Part shown: in pieces, positions 7,449 through 18,566 of the stretch
How the letters are laid out: every line of letters begins with the position of its first letter
Numbering within the stretch: the stretch's first letter is position 1
DNA from: a bacterium
Lineage (GTDB): Bacteria; Patescibacteriota; Minisyncoccia; Phycocordibacterales; Phycocordibacteraceae
DNA: 58,642 nt
Reading direction: 5' to 3'
NCBI GenBank assembly: GCA_021833245.1
Contig: JAKBGA010000002.1
Coordinates: 1 to 58,642 of the forward strand
Program-made: the position numbers and the translations under genes
The notes under the pieces: generated by a model
What the model was told of the DNA's origin: nothing
What the model saw: the letters and a program-made list of their open reading frames with translations, nothing else
Database searches by the model: none

Positions 7449-8762
7449 ATGACTCGTTTCCGAGTGTTTGCAGGTGTCGCCCTAATTATAGGGTTTTTGC
7501 TTATATATTTTGTGTGGGCGACCGAAACAAATCCTACAAGCGCGTATCATTTTAAACTCGGCCTCGATCTCGCGGGGGGCACAGAACTTGTTTATAAGGC
7601 CGACATGAGTCAGACGCCTTCGAGTGAACGTTCGGATGCACTATCCGCGCTTCAGGGTGTTATCGAGCGTCGAGTGAATTTGTTTGGTGTTGCGGAACCG
7701 TTAGTTCAGACAGAACAGGCGAGCGCACTTTCAGGTATCACCGAAGATCGTCTCATTGTTGATTTACCAGGTGTGACTGATATCAAGGCTGCTGTGGCCG
7801 CGCTTGGTAAGACTCCTACACTCGAATTTATGCTCGCGACTACAACAACGGTTGGCACGACAACTGAGGTTGCGTATGTCCCAACTGGTCTTACGGGCCG
7901 CTATCTTTCGAGTGCAGCGCTTGGGTTCGGGTCTGGTGCGACAGCGGGTCTTTCGGCTCCACAGGTTATTCTTACCTTCAATAGTGCAGGCGCGACACTT
8001 TTCGAAAAAATAACGAGTGAAAACGTTGGCCGTACACTTGCCATCTTTCTTGACGGACAGCCGATTTCTGAACCGGTCATTCAAGAAGCAATTCCTGGCG
8101 GACAAGCGACCATCACCGGGAACTTTACAGCAACTGGGGCGCGTGACCTTGTGCGCAATCTTAACTTCGGTGCGCTACCTGTACCAATTACGCTTGAAAG
8201 CAGTTCTGCGGTCGGTCCGACTTTGGGTGCAGCAGCTATTTCTGCCGGTGTTGTCGCGGGAGTCATCGGTTTCATTGTCATCGCACTTTTCATGATCGCC
8301 TGGTATCGCCTCCCAGGCCTCATCGCGATAGTCGCGCTCGCTGAATACCTTGCGTTCATGCTTGCAATCATTAAAATTATTCCAGTTACACTTACAGCAT
8401 CGGGAATTGCAGGGCTTATAATTTCAGTCGGTATGGCGGTGGACGCGAATGTGCTTATATTTGAGCGCTCCAAGGAGGAATTACGTGAAGGGAAGGATCC
8501 ACGTGAGGCAGTGCACGTTGGTTTCGCTCGTGCATGGACTGCAATTCGTGATGGTCATCTTACAATGATTATCTCCGGAGTTATTCTTTTCTGGTTAGGA
8601 ACGAGTATAGTACAGGGATTTGCACTCGTTTTTGTACTCGGCGTGCTTGCGTCATTCATTTCTGCAATATCACTCTCTCGCGTTTTCTTGCTTTCTCTTG
8701 TCCCTGAACACAAAAAGGGTATATGGAAGTTCCTTATGGGTTCTGGAATACATAACGCATAA
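7449..8762 (+). CDS. secD: Protein translocase subunit SecD
   Basis: GLDLAGGTELVY, a periplasmic domain, and a C-terminal 6-TM block with GIAGLIISVGMAVDANVLIFER. Alternative start at 7398. Confidence 0.9.
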   Translation: MTRFRVFAGVALIIGFLLIYFVWATETNPTSAYHFKLGLDLAGGTELVYKADMSQTPSSERSDALSALQGVIERRVNLFGVAEPLVQTEQASALSGITEDRLIVDLPGVTDIKAAVAALGKTPTLEFMLATTTTVGTTTEVAYVPTGLTGRYLSSAALGFGSGATAGLSAPQVILTFNSAGATLFEKITSENVGRTLAIFLDGQPISEPVIQEAIPGGQATITGNFTATGARDLVRNLNFGALPVPITLESSSAVGPTLGAAAISAGVVAGVIGFIVIALFMIAWYRLPGLIAIVALAEYLAFMLAIIKIIPVTLTASGIAGLIISVGMAVDANVLIFERSKEELREGKDPREAVHVGFARAWTAIRDGHLTMIISGVILFWLGTSIVQGFALVFVLGVLASFISAISLSRVFLLSLVPEHKKGIWKFLMGSGIHNA

Positions 8763-8768
8763 TTTCTT

Positions 8769-9668
8769 ATGTATATTGTTACACACCGCTCACTTTTTTT
8801 CTGGATTACCGGAATCATTCTCGCGGCAGCGATTGGGTCCATTCTTATCTTTGGCTTGCCACTCGGCATTGATTTTACCGGCGGTTCTCTGATGCAAGTG
8901 AGCTATCAAAATAGCGTTCCGCCACTTGCAACTATTGAGAAACAGGTTGCTGTTGTCCCATTAGGCTTAGTATCTGTACGTACTATGGGCACAAATGAAA
9001 TTTCCATCCGCACACGTACCATGACTCCAGCAGAACATGATGCTGTTCTTGCTTCAATTTCTTCAAATGCGTCGACAACCGAACTCTCTTATTCATCGGT
9101 TGGTCCCGCACTCGGAAGCCAATTTACCAATAAGGCACTCTGGGCAATTTTCGTGGTAATTCTCGTTATTGTGCTTTACATCGCATTTGCCTTCCGCAAG
9201 GTATCACGGCCAGTTCCTTCATGGGGATACGGTCTGACAGTTATCACAATGCTTGCTATAGACCTTATCGTACCGACTGGTTTTTACGCCGCGTATGCAC
9301 ACTTCACTGGAGCAGAAGTCGATTCCTTATTTATCGTTGCACTTCTCGCGCTCCTTGGGTATGTCGTAAACGACATAATAGTAGTCTTTGACCGTGTACG
9401 GGAACATCTTGCAAAGAACGAAAAAATGGGCGTGAAGGAAGAATTTGAAGTAACAATCGGCAAATCTATTAACGAGACGATGATGCGTTCTATCAATACC
9501 GCGCTTACTGTGGCTCTCGCACTTCTCGTACTTATCTTTTTTGGTGCTCCAGCAACTCGCAATTTCGCACTCGTTATGCTCGTTGGGGTAGTTGCAGGAA
9601 CCTTCTCTTCAATTTGTCGCTCCGCTCCACTCCTCATTCCTATTGCCAAATGGTTCACCAAGAAATGA
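8769..9668 (+). CDS. secF: Protein translocase subunit SecF
   Basis: GIDFTGGSLMQV and the C-terminal membrane block LLGYVVNDIIVVFDRVRE. It lies immediately downstream of secD. Confidence 0.9.
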   Translation: MYIVTHRSLFFWITGIILAAAIGSILIFGLPLGIDFTGGSLMQVSYQNSVPPLATIEKQVAVVPLGLVSVRTMGTNEISIRTRTMTPAEHDAVLASISSNASTTELSYSSVGPALGSQFTNKALWAIFVVILVIVLYIAFAFRKVSRPVPSWGYGLTVITMLAIDLIVPTGFYAAYAHFTGAEVDSLFIVALLALLGYVVNDIIVVFDRVREHLAKNEKMGVKEEFEVTIGKSINETMMRSINTALTVALALLVLIFFGAPATRNFALVMLVGVVAGTFSSICRSAPLLIPIAKWFTKK

Positions 9669-9953
9669 TTTTCACAAAAGGAATTAACTTAACTTTTAAA
9701 GACCCATATTTAAGTATTATTAGGACATAATACAAAATTATTATCTGAGTCAAATATAAATACCACCTCTCTTAGAATAATCTAAATTTCCAACCATATT
9801 TCCTGATAATAAAAGGAGTGTAATTTAGTCATCCCAATAACTACTAGTCATGACAGGCAGGATGGAGAAATCCGCAAGAAAGATTGAAGTGGAAACAATC
9901 ACACACTCACGCAACCGCGCATTTCATAGGCAAGGGTGACGGCCTCGTTAAAA

Positions 9954-10430
9954 CTATAGCGCTTTACCAGTCTCGCGCAACTTTGCAAAATCTACAACCT
10001 GTTTCGCAAGATTCTTCACAAGCCAAGAGCTTGATTGAGGCTTCCCCGTATCACCAACATTGAATATCATTTTTATCCCAAGTTTCTTGCATATGGCTGT
10101 CTCAGGAATTTCCTCCTCATTGCTTCGATCGTTTCCACCATTGGCAAATATATCGATCTGAAGCTTTTCAAGCATGTGGGAAATATCATACGTCTCTCGC
10201 GGATCACGAAGTACTACCTCATCAACCCACCGAATGTGATACAAAAGTTCTTTTCGTTCTTCCTGCGGCATAAAAACATAGCCCTTTTTTCGCATCAACC
10301 ACTCATCCTCATTGAGGATGACCAGGAGTTTATCCCCCAGCGCCCGTGCATCTCGAAAGAGATGCATGTGTCCAATATGGACAGGATCGAATCCTCCTGA
10401 AACCGCAACGACGGTTTGTTTTTTCATCAT
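9954..10430 (-). CDS. Cytidylyltransferase-family nucleotidyltransferase (TagD/HldC/RfaE-II-like)
   Basis: The N-terminal signature VAVSGGFDPVHIGHMHLF (HxGH motif) and the ~158-aa size are typical of single-domain sugar-phosphate nucleotidyltransferases. The substrate cannot be inferred. Confidence 0.8.
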   Translation of the reverse strand: MMKKQTVVAVSGGFDPVHIGHMHLFRDARALGDKLLVILNEDEWLMRKKGYVFMPQEERKELLYHIRWVDEVVLRDPRETYDISHMLEKLQIDIFANGGNDRSNEEEIPETAICKKLGIKMIFNVGDTGKPQSSSWLVKNLAKQVVDFAKLRETGKAL

Positions 10431-10444
10431 GTCAGTATATCACC

Positions 10445-10473
10445 TTGACGTTACTTAGTACCTCATATACAGT
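10445..10473 (+). promoter_or_regulatory. Candidate sigma70-type promoter upstream of 16S
   Basis: ttgacg (10445-10450), 17-nt spacer, tacagt (10468-10473). This is a by-eye match only. Confidence 0.25.
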
Positions 10474-10567
10474 AGTTCTACTGTCCCGCTGGGCGGGGCA
10501 AGTTTTTCTTTGACATTATATATATGTGAAACATCACGCCACATTGTGACGTGATTAGATAAATAAA

Positions 10568-10597
10568 GATGTGTGAATTCTTTTGTTCCGCCTATTC
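10568..10597 (+). other. 16S processing-stem, 5' strand
   Basis: cttttgttccgcctattc (10580-10597) is perfectly complementary over 18 bp to gaataggcggaacaaaag (12213-12230). gtgtg/cacac extends the helix. Confidence 0.75.
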
Positions 10598-12064
<1,467 letters not shown>

Positions 12065-12212
12065 TTGGAACCGATTTTCCCGAAAGGAAAATCATGTCGA
12101 TCTGATTCGCAAGAATCAGGAGAGATCGTATTCGTCTCAAAACGATACGCGGAAGCCGGATAACGTAACCCGGCGTCGTTCGAGAGCCTCATATGAGCTC
12201 TCGAGCGGAACA
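12065..12212 (+). ncRNA. Structured 16S 3' trailer enclosed by the processing stem
   Basis: Five consecutive hairpins, including gattttcc-cgaaa-ggaaaatc, ctgattc-gcaa-gaatcag and cgagagc-ctcatatga-gctctcg. No ORF. Confidence 0.5.
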
Positions 12213-12242
12213 GAATAGGCGGAACAAAAGAGCGCACACATC
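12213..12242 (+). other. 16S processing-stem, 3' strand
   Basis: Complement of 10568-10597 (see the 5'-strand entry). Confidence 0.75.
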
Positions 12243-12373
12243 TTTAATTTAAGGAAATACAAAATTTTTGCCAACGTATGGAGGCCATACAGCCTTTTTA
12301 AAATAAGCGTAATGCAGCTCATGAATGGTATGTGGTGGCAGAAGCCGTGTATCTTTGTTACTATCGCCACCAT

Positions 12374-12446
12374 GCACGCGTAGCTCAGTTGGTAGAGCAC
12401 CCGACTGATACTCGGGCGGTCGTAGGTTCAACCCCTACCGCGTGCA
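12374..12446 (+). tRNA. tRNA-Ile (anticodon GAU)
   Basis: Cloverleaf: acceptor gcacgcg/cgcgtgc, D arm gctc-agttggta-gagc, anticodon arm cccga-ctGATac-tcggg, T arm gtagg-ttcaacc-cctac, discriminator A. CCA is not encoded. Confidence 0.9.
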
Positions 12447-12535
12447 CCGAATCAAGTAAGAAATGCATACTTAGAGGCGCCTGTTATACCCACACCATGT
12501 CTCGAAACTGATAGAACAGGGTTATACTAAAGGAA

Positions 12536-13039
12536 ATGCAAAGAAACTTTCTCTTTGGCGTGGCACTTATTGCTATTATTGGCGTAGTTATTTTCCTCTT
12601 TAACCATAAAAGCGGTATTTATAATGATGTCCACCCGGCTGTAACGAGTAATCAGTCAGCGGCAATTATTGTACCATTTACAGATATTGCGCATGGCTTG
12701 AAGTCATTAGTTACAATCCGTGCAAATTACCTCATAACTTCTACAGGTCAATTGGATCAACTTTGGAAATTGATTGGCGCAACCAATACACCGCCAGCCA
12801 TTGATTTTAAGACTCATGCGGTGATTGCCGCATTTGCTGGTAAGGAACCGAGTTCCGTTATCTCGATTTCGAATATTAAGGACACGAGTGCGCGTCTTGT
12901 TTCCATAACAATTATAAAATCTAACGGCGCGTGTGCACAGAAGTCAATTACATCACCATACGATGTTGCCGTTATGCCAGTAACTGCACTTCCGCTCGTG
13001 CACGTGGATATCTCCATAGCGACCACCAGCTGCCTCTAA
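12536..13039 (+). CDS. Membrane-anchored hypothetical protein (possibly PrcB_C-like)
   Basis: N-terminal TM helix FLFGVALIAIIGVVIFLF followed by a ~140-aa beta-rich ectodomain. The family assignment is only a recollection-level guess. Confidence 0.6.
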   Translation: MQRNFLFGVALIAIIGVVIFLFNHKSGIYNDVHPAVTSNQSAAIIVPFTDIAHGLKSLVTIRANYLITSTGQLDQLWKLIGATNTPPAIDFKTHAVIAAFAGKEPSSVISISNIKDTSARLVSITIIKSNGACAQKSITSPYDVAVMPVTALPLVHVDISIATTSCL

Positions 13040-13082
13040 CATAACGTGCACGGGGTAGATTAGTGCGCTACGATTTAGTCTG

Positions 13083-14393
13083 ATGGATGCACATGCGTTT
13101 TTTCGGGGAAAACGAATTACCGTAATGGGACTAGGTCTCCTTGGGCGAGGAGTTGGTGACGCACAGTATTTGGCCGAATGCGGCGCAGAGCTCATCGTGA
13201 CTGATCTTAAGACGCACGGAGAGCTTGCAAGCTCAGTGGCGCGGCTCGAATCATTCCCAAACATAAAATTCGTTCTTGGCGAACATCGACTGGAAGACTT
13301 TCGCGACCGTGACCTCCTTCTTAAGGCTGCGGGCGTTCCGCTCGATTCTCCGTACGTTGCGGAAGCGAAAAAGAATGACATACCTATTCGCATGAGCGCG
13401 GATCTTTTTGCTGAGATTTCCGGCATCCCAATTATCGGCGTAACCGGTACACGTGGGAAGTCGACGGTGGCACACATGCTTCATGCTGTTCTTACCGAGG
13501 CCAGGGTTCCAGTTCTTCTCGGTGGGAATGTGCGCGGTGTCTCAAATCTCACTCTACTTTCTAATGTGACGCCTTTTCACACCGCAGTTCTCGAACTAGA
13601 TTCCTGGCAGTGCCACGGCTTCGGTGAGGTGGGCATGAGTCCGCACACAGCGGTTTTCACGACATTTTATCCCGATCATCTAAACTATTACAAAAACAAC
13701 CTTGATGCCTATCTTGCAGATAAGGCAAATATTTTCCTACATCAGACACCCAAGGATACGCTTGTTCTCGGCGCGCAGTGCACCCCGCGTATAATTGATA
13801 AATACGGTGATAACATTGTATCGAAGGTTCTTGTCATCGATACGCTTAAATTTCCAGATACCTGGACTTTGCGCATACCGGGCATGCATAATCGTTATGC
13901 AGCGGCACTTGCACTTGCCACCGCGCGCGCGCTTGAAATTCCAGATGCCGTTAGTCGTTACGCACTTGAATCATTCAAGGGCGTGCCGGGCAGATTGGAG
14001 CTTCTTGCGGAAAAAGATGGCGTTAAAATTTATAATGATACGACCGCAACGACACCTGAAGCGACACTCGCTGCGCTCTCTGCGCTCGATACCGCGCGCA
14101 CCATACTTATTATGGGAGGTACCAGTAAAGGTCTTGACATGAGTGCACTCGTATTGAAGTTACCAGAGGTAAAGCATATCATCCTGCTCGCCGGGAGCGG
14201 CACAGACCGTATACGTGAGGAACTCCCGAACGTACACGTTTACGATGCGCTTCCACCTGCGGTTGCCGATGCATTCGCACACGCGAGCACTGGCGATACC
14301 ATATTATTCTCCCCAGCGTTTTCTTCATTTGGTATGTTTGAGAATGAATTCGATCGCGGGGATCAATTCACCACACTCGTGAGAAACCGATAA
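13083..14393 (+). CDS. murD: UDP-N-acetylmuramoyl-L-alanine--D-glutamate ligase
   Basis: N-terminal Rossmann segment KRITVMGLGLLGRG, P-loop GVTGTRGKSTV, and Mur-ligase middle and C-terminal domains. Confidence 0.9.
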   Translation: MDAHAFFRGKRITVMGLGLLGRGVGDAQYLAECGAELIVTDLKTHGELASSVARLESFPNIKFVLGEHRLEDFRDRDLLLKAAGVPLDSPYVAEAKKNDIPIRMSADLFAEISGIPIIGVTGTRGKSTVAHMLHAVLTEARVPVLLGGNVRGVSNLTLLSNVTPFHTAVLELDSWQCHGFGEVGMSPHTAVFTTFYPDHLNYYKNNLDAYLADKANIFLHQTPKDTLVLGAQCTPRIIDKYGDNIVSKVLVIDTLKFPDTWTLRIPGMHNRYAAALALATARALEIPDAVSRYALESFKGVPGRLELLAEKDGVKIYNDTTATTPEATLAALSALDTARTILIMGGTSKGLDMSALVLKLPEVKHIILLAGSGTDRIREELPNVHVYDALPPAVADAFAHASTGDTILFSPAFSSFGMFENEFDRGDQFTTLVRNR

Positions 14394-14475
14394 ATAATGA
14401 TATGGTAGAAGAACTCTTTGAGAAGGATAGGGATTCCCTGTTTCTTCACAAGCACGAGCTTTAGTAAGAAATATT

Positions 14476-15765
14476 ATGAATATAATTTTACCCAGGAAAG
14501 TCCACTTTATTGGTATCGCTGGTGTGGGTATGTCGGCACTCGCCCAACTTATGGCAGACGGAGGTGCACAAATAACTGGATCTGATAATGCCTGGTTCCC
14601 AACGCTCAAGGCGATCGAAAAATACGGGATTCCCTTTACGATAGGTTACAAAGCAGAGAATATCCCTAGAGATACAGAATTGGTAGTCTATACTGATGCG
14701 GTACCCGTTGATAATGTGGAGCGTATCGAGGCGCATCGGCGCGGGATACCGCAACAGTCTTATTTTGAGGCTCTCGGCAAGATCTCAATCGGGAAGAGGA
14801 CGGTTGCGGTCGCAGGTACGCACGGCAAGACGACAACGACTGGTATGCTCGCACGCATACTACGCGACGCAGGAGCGTCACCAACCGCAGTCATAGGATC
14901 CATCGTAAAAGATTTTTCCTCGAATTATTTATCCGGCACGTCCGATCTTTTTATTGTCGAAGCGTGTGAATATCGTGATCATCTGCTTGAGCTTTCGCCG
15001 CAAGTACTTGTCATTACGAATCTTGAATGGGATCACACCGATTGGTTTCCTTCGCTTGAGATCCTCCAAAAAACATTCCAGCGTGCCATTGAACGTGTTC
15101 CTAAGAACGGTGCGATCATCACTGATCTTAGTAATAAAAATATCGTTCCGCTTCTTGCAAACACAAAGGCGCATGTTGTCGATTATATGGATGAACCCAC
15201 ATACAAGCTTAGTCTGCAGGGCGAGTTCAATCAGATGAATGCGCGTGCGGCCGCTGCGGCCGCACGTGTTGTCCTGCCGCATATCTTAGATGCCGCAATC
15301 GTCCGTCCACTCGCGGAATTTCAGGGAACATGGCGTCGATTTGAATATAAGGGTGTTACAGCCAACGGTGCCGATGTATATGATGATTATGCGCATCATC
15401 CAACAGCAATCCGCGTAACCCTCAAGGCGCTTCGCATGAAAACAAAAGGGAAAATATTTGTCGCATTTCATCCGCACCTCTATAGTCGTACACGCGACTT
15501 ACTCAGTGAATTTGCGACCGCATTCGGCGATGCTGACCGAGTGCTCGTCGCGCCTATTTACGCTGCGCGTGAGGTAAATGACGGCACGATCTCAAACGAG
15601 ACACTTGCTGACCGTATTCGAGCCGCAGGTACGAACGCCACAGCACTCGATTCATTTGACGCCATTGAGCGCGTACTCAACAAAGTTGGTAAAGATGATG
15701 TAATCATGACAATGGGTGCCGGCGATATTTATAAAGTTGCCGATACGCTCGTAGCACATAAATAA
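14476..15765 (+). CDS. murC: UDP-N-acetylmuramate--L-alanine ligase
   Basis: VHFIGIAGVGMSALAQLM, P-loop AGTHGKTTTTGM, and DDYAHHPTAI. Confidence 0.9.
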   Translation: MNIILPRKVHFIGIAGVGMSALAQLMADGGAQITGSDNAWFPTLKAIEKYGIPFTIGYKAENIPRDTELVVYTDAVPVDNVERIEAHRRGIPQQSYFEALGKISIGKRTVAVAGTHGKTTTTGMLARILRDAGASPTAVIGSIVKDFSSNYLSGTSDLFIVEACEYRDHLLELSPQVLVITNLEWDHTDWFPSLEILQKTFQRAIERVPKNGAIITDLSNKNIVPLLANTKAHVVDYMDEPTYKLSLQGEFNQMNARAAAAAARVVLPHILDAAIVRPLAEFQGTWRRFEYKGVTANGADVYDDYAHHPTAIRVTLKALRMKTKGKIFVAFHPHLYSRTRDLLSEFATAFGDADRVLVAPIYAAREVNDGTISNETLADRIRAAGTNATALDSFDAIERVLNKVGKDDVIMTMGAGDIYKVADTLVAHK

Positions 15766-15766
15766 T

Positions 15767-16438
15767 ATGGGGACACTCTCGGTCATCGCGACACCTATCG
15801 GGAATTTAGAGGATATAACACTACGTGCGTTGCGCATGTTCCGAGAGTGCGGTGTCGTTTACGCCGAAGACACGCGCGTCGTTTCTAAATTGCTCACGCA
15901 CTATGACATACAAAAACCACTACAGCGACTTGACGCAACAACCGAAACAAAGAAGACGAATGAAGTAATTGCCCGACTCGAAATGGGGGAGCACGTTGTT
16001 CTTGTAAGTGATGCAGGAACACCTGGAATATCCGATCCAGGTGCACGCCTCATTGGTAAGGTGCGAGAACGATTATCTGGTGCGGTTATTGAGGCAATAC
16101 CAGGACCATCCGCACTCACTGCGGCGCTTTCCATTGCAGGAATTGATACAACAGAATTTACATTTCTCGGATTTTTACCGCACAAGAAAGGGCGGCAGAC
16201 TGCGCTCAAGAGAATTGCGGCAAGTGAAATTCCAACCGTGCTTTACGAATCGCCACATCGCATATTGAAATTACTGAAAGAAATAGAGACATTCCGTTCA
16301 TCGCGTATTACTATCGCGCGTGAACTCACCAAGATTCATGAGGAGGTTATTTCAGGGAGTGTTGAAGAGGTTCAGAAATACTTTTTGAAGCACTCGGATC
16401 ACGTGCGTGGAGAATTTGTCGTCATCGTGGTGCCTTGA
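15767..16438 (+). CDS. rsmI: 16S rRNA (cytidine1402-2'-O)-methyltransferase RsmI
   Basis: LSVIATPIGNLEDITLRALRMF..YAEDTR and VSDAGTPGISDPG, of the tetrapyrrole-methylase fold. Confidence 0.88.
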   Translation: MGTLSVIATPIGNLEDITLRALRMFRECGVVYAEDTRVVSKLLTHYDIQKPLQRLDATTETKKTNEVIARLEMGEHVVLVSDAGTPGISDPGARLIGKVRERLSGAVIEAIPGPSALTAALSIAGIDTTEFTFLGFLPHKKGRQTALKRIAASEIPTVLYESPHRILKLLKEIETFRSSRITIARELTKIHEEVISGSVEEVQKYFLKHSDHVRGEFVVIVVP

Positions 16439-16450
16439 TATACTTTACTT

Positions 16451-16681
16451 ATGTCTCGCACCAGCACACTTATACTTCTCGGCATTCTTATTGTTTTGAC
16501 CCCCTTCTCAGGACTTCCGATAGCGTTTCGTACGCTTATTGTCGTCATTCTTGGTGTATGCGTATCTGGCATCGGGTTTGCAATTCGTGTACATGAGGCG
16601 CGTAGTATGCAGTCACGGGCGATAGTTCCCCCTCCCACAACGGCGACGTCAGGATCAACGGATCTCTCCTCAGAAGTGTAG
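16451..16681 (+). CDS. Small two-TM membrane protein, hypothetical
   Basis: 76 aa with two hydrophobic helices (LILLGILIVLTPF, LIVVILGVCVSGIGFAI) and a Pro/Thr/Ser tail. It sits just upstream of the VirD4-like ATPase. Confidence 0.5.
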   Translation: MSRTSTLILLGILIVLTPFSGLPIAFRTLIVVILGVCVSGIGFAIRVHEARSMQSRAIVPPPTTATSGSTDLSSEV

Positions 16682-16766
16682 TTATAAGGATCGCACGGTG
16701 GCGGGTGTATTTTCGACTTAATCCCTTGTCAATGACAAGATTCCGCATCTTTTTGCTATACTCAAC

Positions 16767-18566
16767 GTGATGGAAAATCCCGAACGAATTACCTATTTTG
16801 CGGCGACTGACGCGCGGGGGAGACACGTTCCTTTCGGTATTAAAGCGAAGGATCGTGATCGCCACATGTATGTCATCGGTAAAACTGGCATGGGAAAATC
16901 GACACTGCTCGAAAACATGGCGATTCAGGATATACGAAACGGTGAAGGATTCGCATTTATTGATCCACACGGGGGAACTGTCGAACGGCTTCTTGACTAC
17001 ATTCCCAAAGAACGGATTAAGGACGTCGTTTATTTCGCTCCGTTCGATATGGAGCACCCCGTTGCGTTTAATGTAATGGAGGATGTCGGATATGACAGGC
17101 GTCACCTCGTTGTTTCTGGACTCATGGCAACTTTCAAGAAAATATGGGAGGACGCTTGGAGTGCGCGTATGGAGTATATCCTTACAAACACGCTACTCGC
17201 GCTCCTTGAGTACCCGGGCGCGACCTTACTCGGTGTCAATCGCATGTATACCGATAAGGACTATCGGAAAAAGGTCATTGATAATGTAAAAGATCCGGTT
17301 GTGAAAGATTTTTGGACAAAGGAATTTGCCAATTATGGCGATCGATATACACAAGAAGCGACACCCGCCATCCAGAATAAAGTCGGCCAATTTACTGGTA
17401 ACCCGCTTATCCGCAATATCATAGGTCAGTCGAAATCTTCGTTCGATATTCGAACCATGATGGACGAAAGAAAGATACTTATCATAAATCTCTCTAAGGG
17501 TCTCGTGGGGGAAACTAATATGCGCTTACTCGGCTCAATGCTCACAACGCGTATATTTCTTGCTGCGATGAGCAGAGCGAACCTTCCTGCAAACGAACTT
17601 GCTGCACTTCCGCATTTCTATTTTTATGTCGACGAATTTCAGAATTTCGCGAACAAGACCTTTGCGGAGATTCTCTCCGAGGCGCGCAAGTATAAGTTAA
17701 ATCTTATTATCGCGCATCAATACATAGAACAGATGGAAGAGGAAGTTCGTGATGCTGTTTTCGGTAACGTTGGTACGACCGTTGTTTTTCGGGTTGGGCC
17801 CTTTGACGCCGAAGTGCTCGAGACAATTTTCATGCCGCGATTTACAAAAGAGGATGTTGTAAGTCTTGATAAGCGGCAAATATATCTCTCGCTCATGATA
17901 GATGGTGTCGGATCATCGCCTTTTTCTGCAGTGACGATTCCGCCGATCGAGGCGCCACCAATATCGCATCGCGAAGAAGTCATCGCAACTTCGCGTGCCG
18001 CATTCGCCGCATCACGCACTAATATAGAAAATGCGATCATGAAGGAACTCTCAGAGAGTTTGTCTTCCGCGCCGCCGCCAGATGCGCGCATGCGTAAGAA
18101 GCCTATGCAACAACGGACGTCATCCACACGAGAGGAAGTGAAACCTCCAAGAGGTGAGCCATTACGACCGGTTATTCCACAGCGGCCCTCCGGTCCGCAT
18201 TCTTATCCAAGAATGAATTTATCGAGGCCATTTTCTTCTCGGCTAGTCGTTGAGAATAAGCCGCCCACTGCGATGAAGAGTGCTGAAGATCTTAAGTCAA
18301 TCTTACGCACAATAACGGCGAAGAATTCCGCAGAGCTTAATAAGCGTAAGATAGAGCGCCAGTATTCCCTCAAGGGAACCCTCGACACGGTACTTGCCAA
18401 AAATGACGAATCTTCCATTTCTTCCGCCATTCCCGTACCAAAAAATCCAGAGAAGAATATGCCGGAGCAAGAAGGGTCATACATATCACCATCATCGGCA
18501 GAGAGTAAAAAACCATTTGAGGTTCCGGAGGACGCGCTTCGGAAGGTGCTTAAGGGCGAAACATGA
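16767..18566 (+). CDS. VirD4/TraD/TraG-like (T4SS coupling-protein family) P-loop ATPase without TM anchor
   Basis: Walker A YVIGKTGMGKSTLLENM, Walker B-like HFYFYVDEFQNF, and KYKLNLIIAHQY. The C-terminal ~200 aa are a low-complexity Pro/Ser/Lys-rich tail. Confidence 0.8.
   Translation: MMENPERITYFAATDARGRHVPFGIKAKDRDRHMYVIGKTGMGKSTLLENMAIQDIRNGEGFAFIDPHGGTVERLLDYIPKERIKDVVYFAPFDMEHPVAFNVMEDVGYDRRHLVVSGLMATFKKIWEDAWSARMEYILTNTLLALLEYPGATLLGVNRMYTDKDYRKKVIDNVKDPVVKDFWTKEFANYGDRYTQEATPAIQNKVGQFTGNPLIRNIIGQSKSSFDIRTMMDERKILIINLSKGLVGETNMRLLGSMLTTRIFLAAMSRANLPANELAALPHFYFYVDEFQNFANKTFAEILSEARKYKLNLIIAHQYIEQMEEEVRDAVFGNVGTTVVFRVGPFDAEVLETIFMPRFTKEDVVSLDKRQIYLSLMIDGVGSSPFSAVTIPPIEAPPISHREEVIATSRAAFAASRTNIENAIMKELSESLSSAPPPDARMRKKPMQQRTSSTREEVKPPRGEPLRPVIPQRPSGPHSYPRMNLSRPFSSRLVVENKPPTAMKSAEDLKSILRTITAKNSAELNKRKIERQYSLKGTLDTVLAKNDESSISSAIPVPKNPEKNMPEQEGSYISPSSAESKKPFEVPEDALRKVLKGET

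Noticed and set aside
9669-9953. A 285-nt AT-rich convergent spacer between secF and the nucleotidyltransferase gene. I examined it for terminators, an sRNA and a 29-aa ORF (ATG 9850).
   Set aside because: There is no convincing hairpin with a U-tract and no conserved-looking structure. The mini-ORF has no supporting features. I left it unannotated.
10510-10538. A second promoter-like match upstream of 16S (ttgaca at 10510-10515).
   Set aside because: No acceptable -10 hexamer lies at 16-18 nt spacing. The nearby tatata runs are too close.
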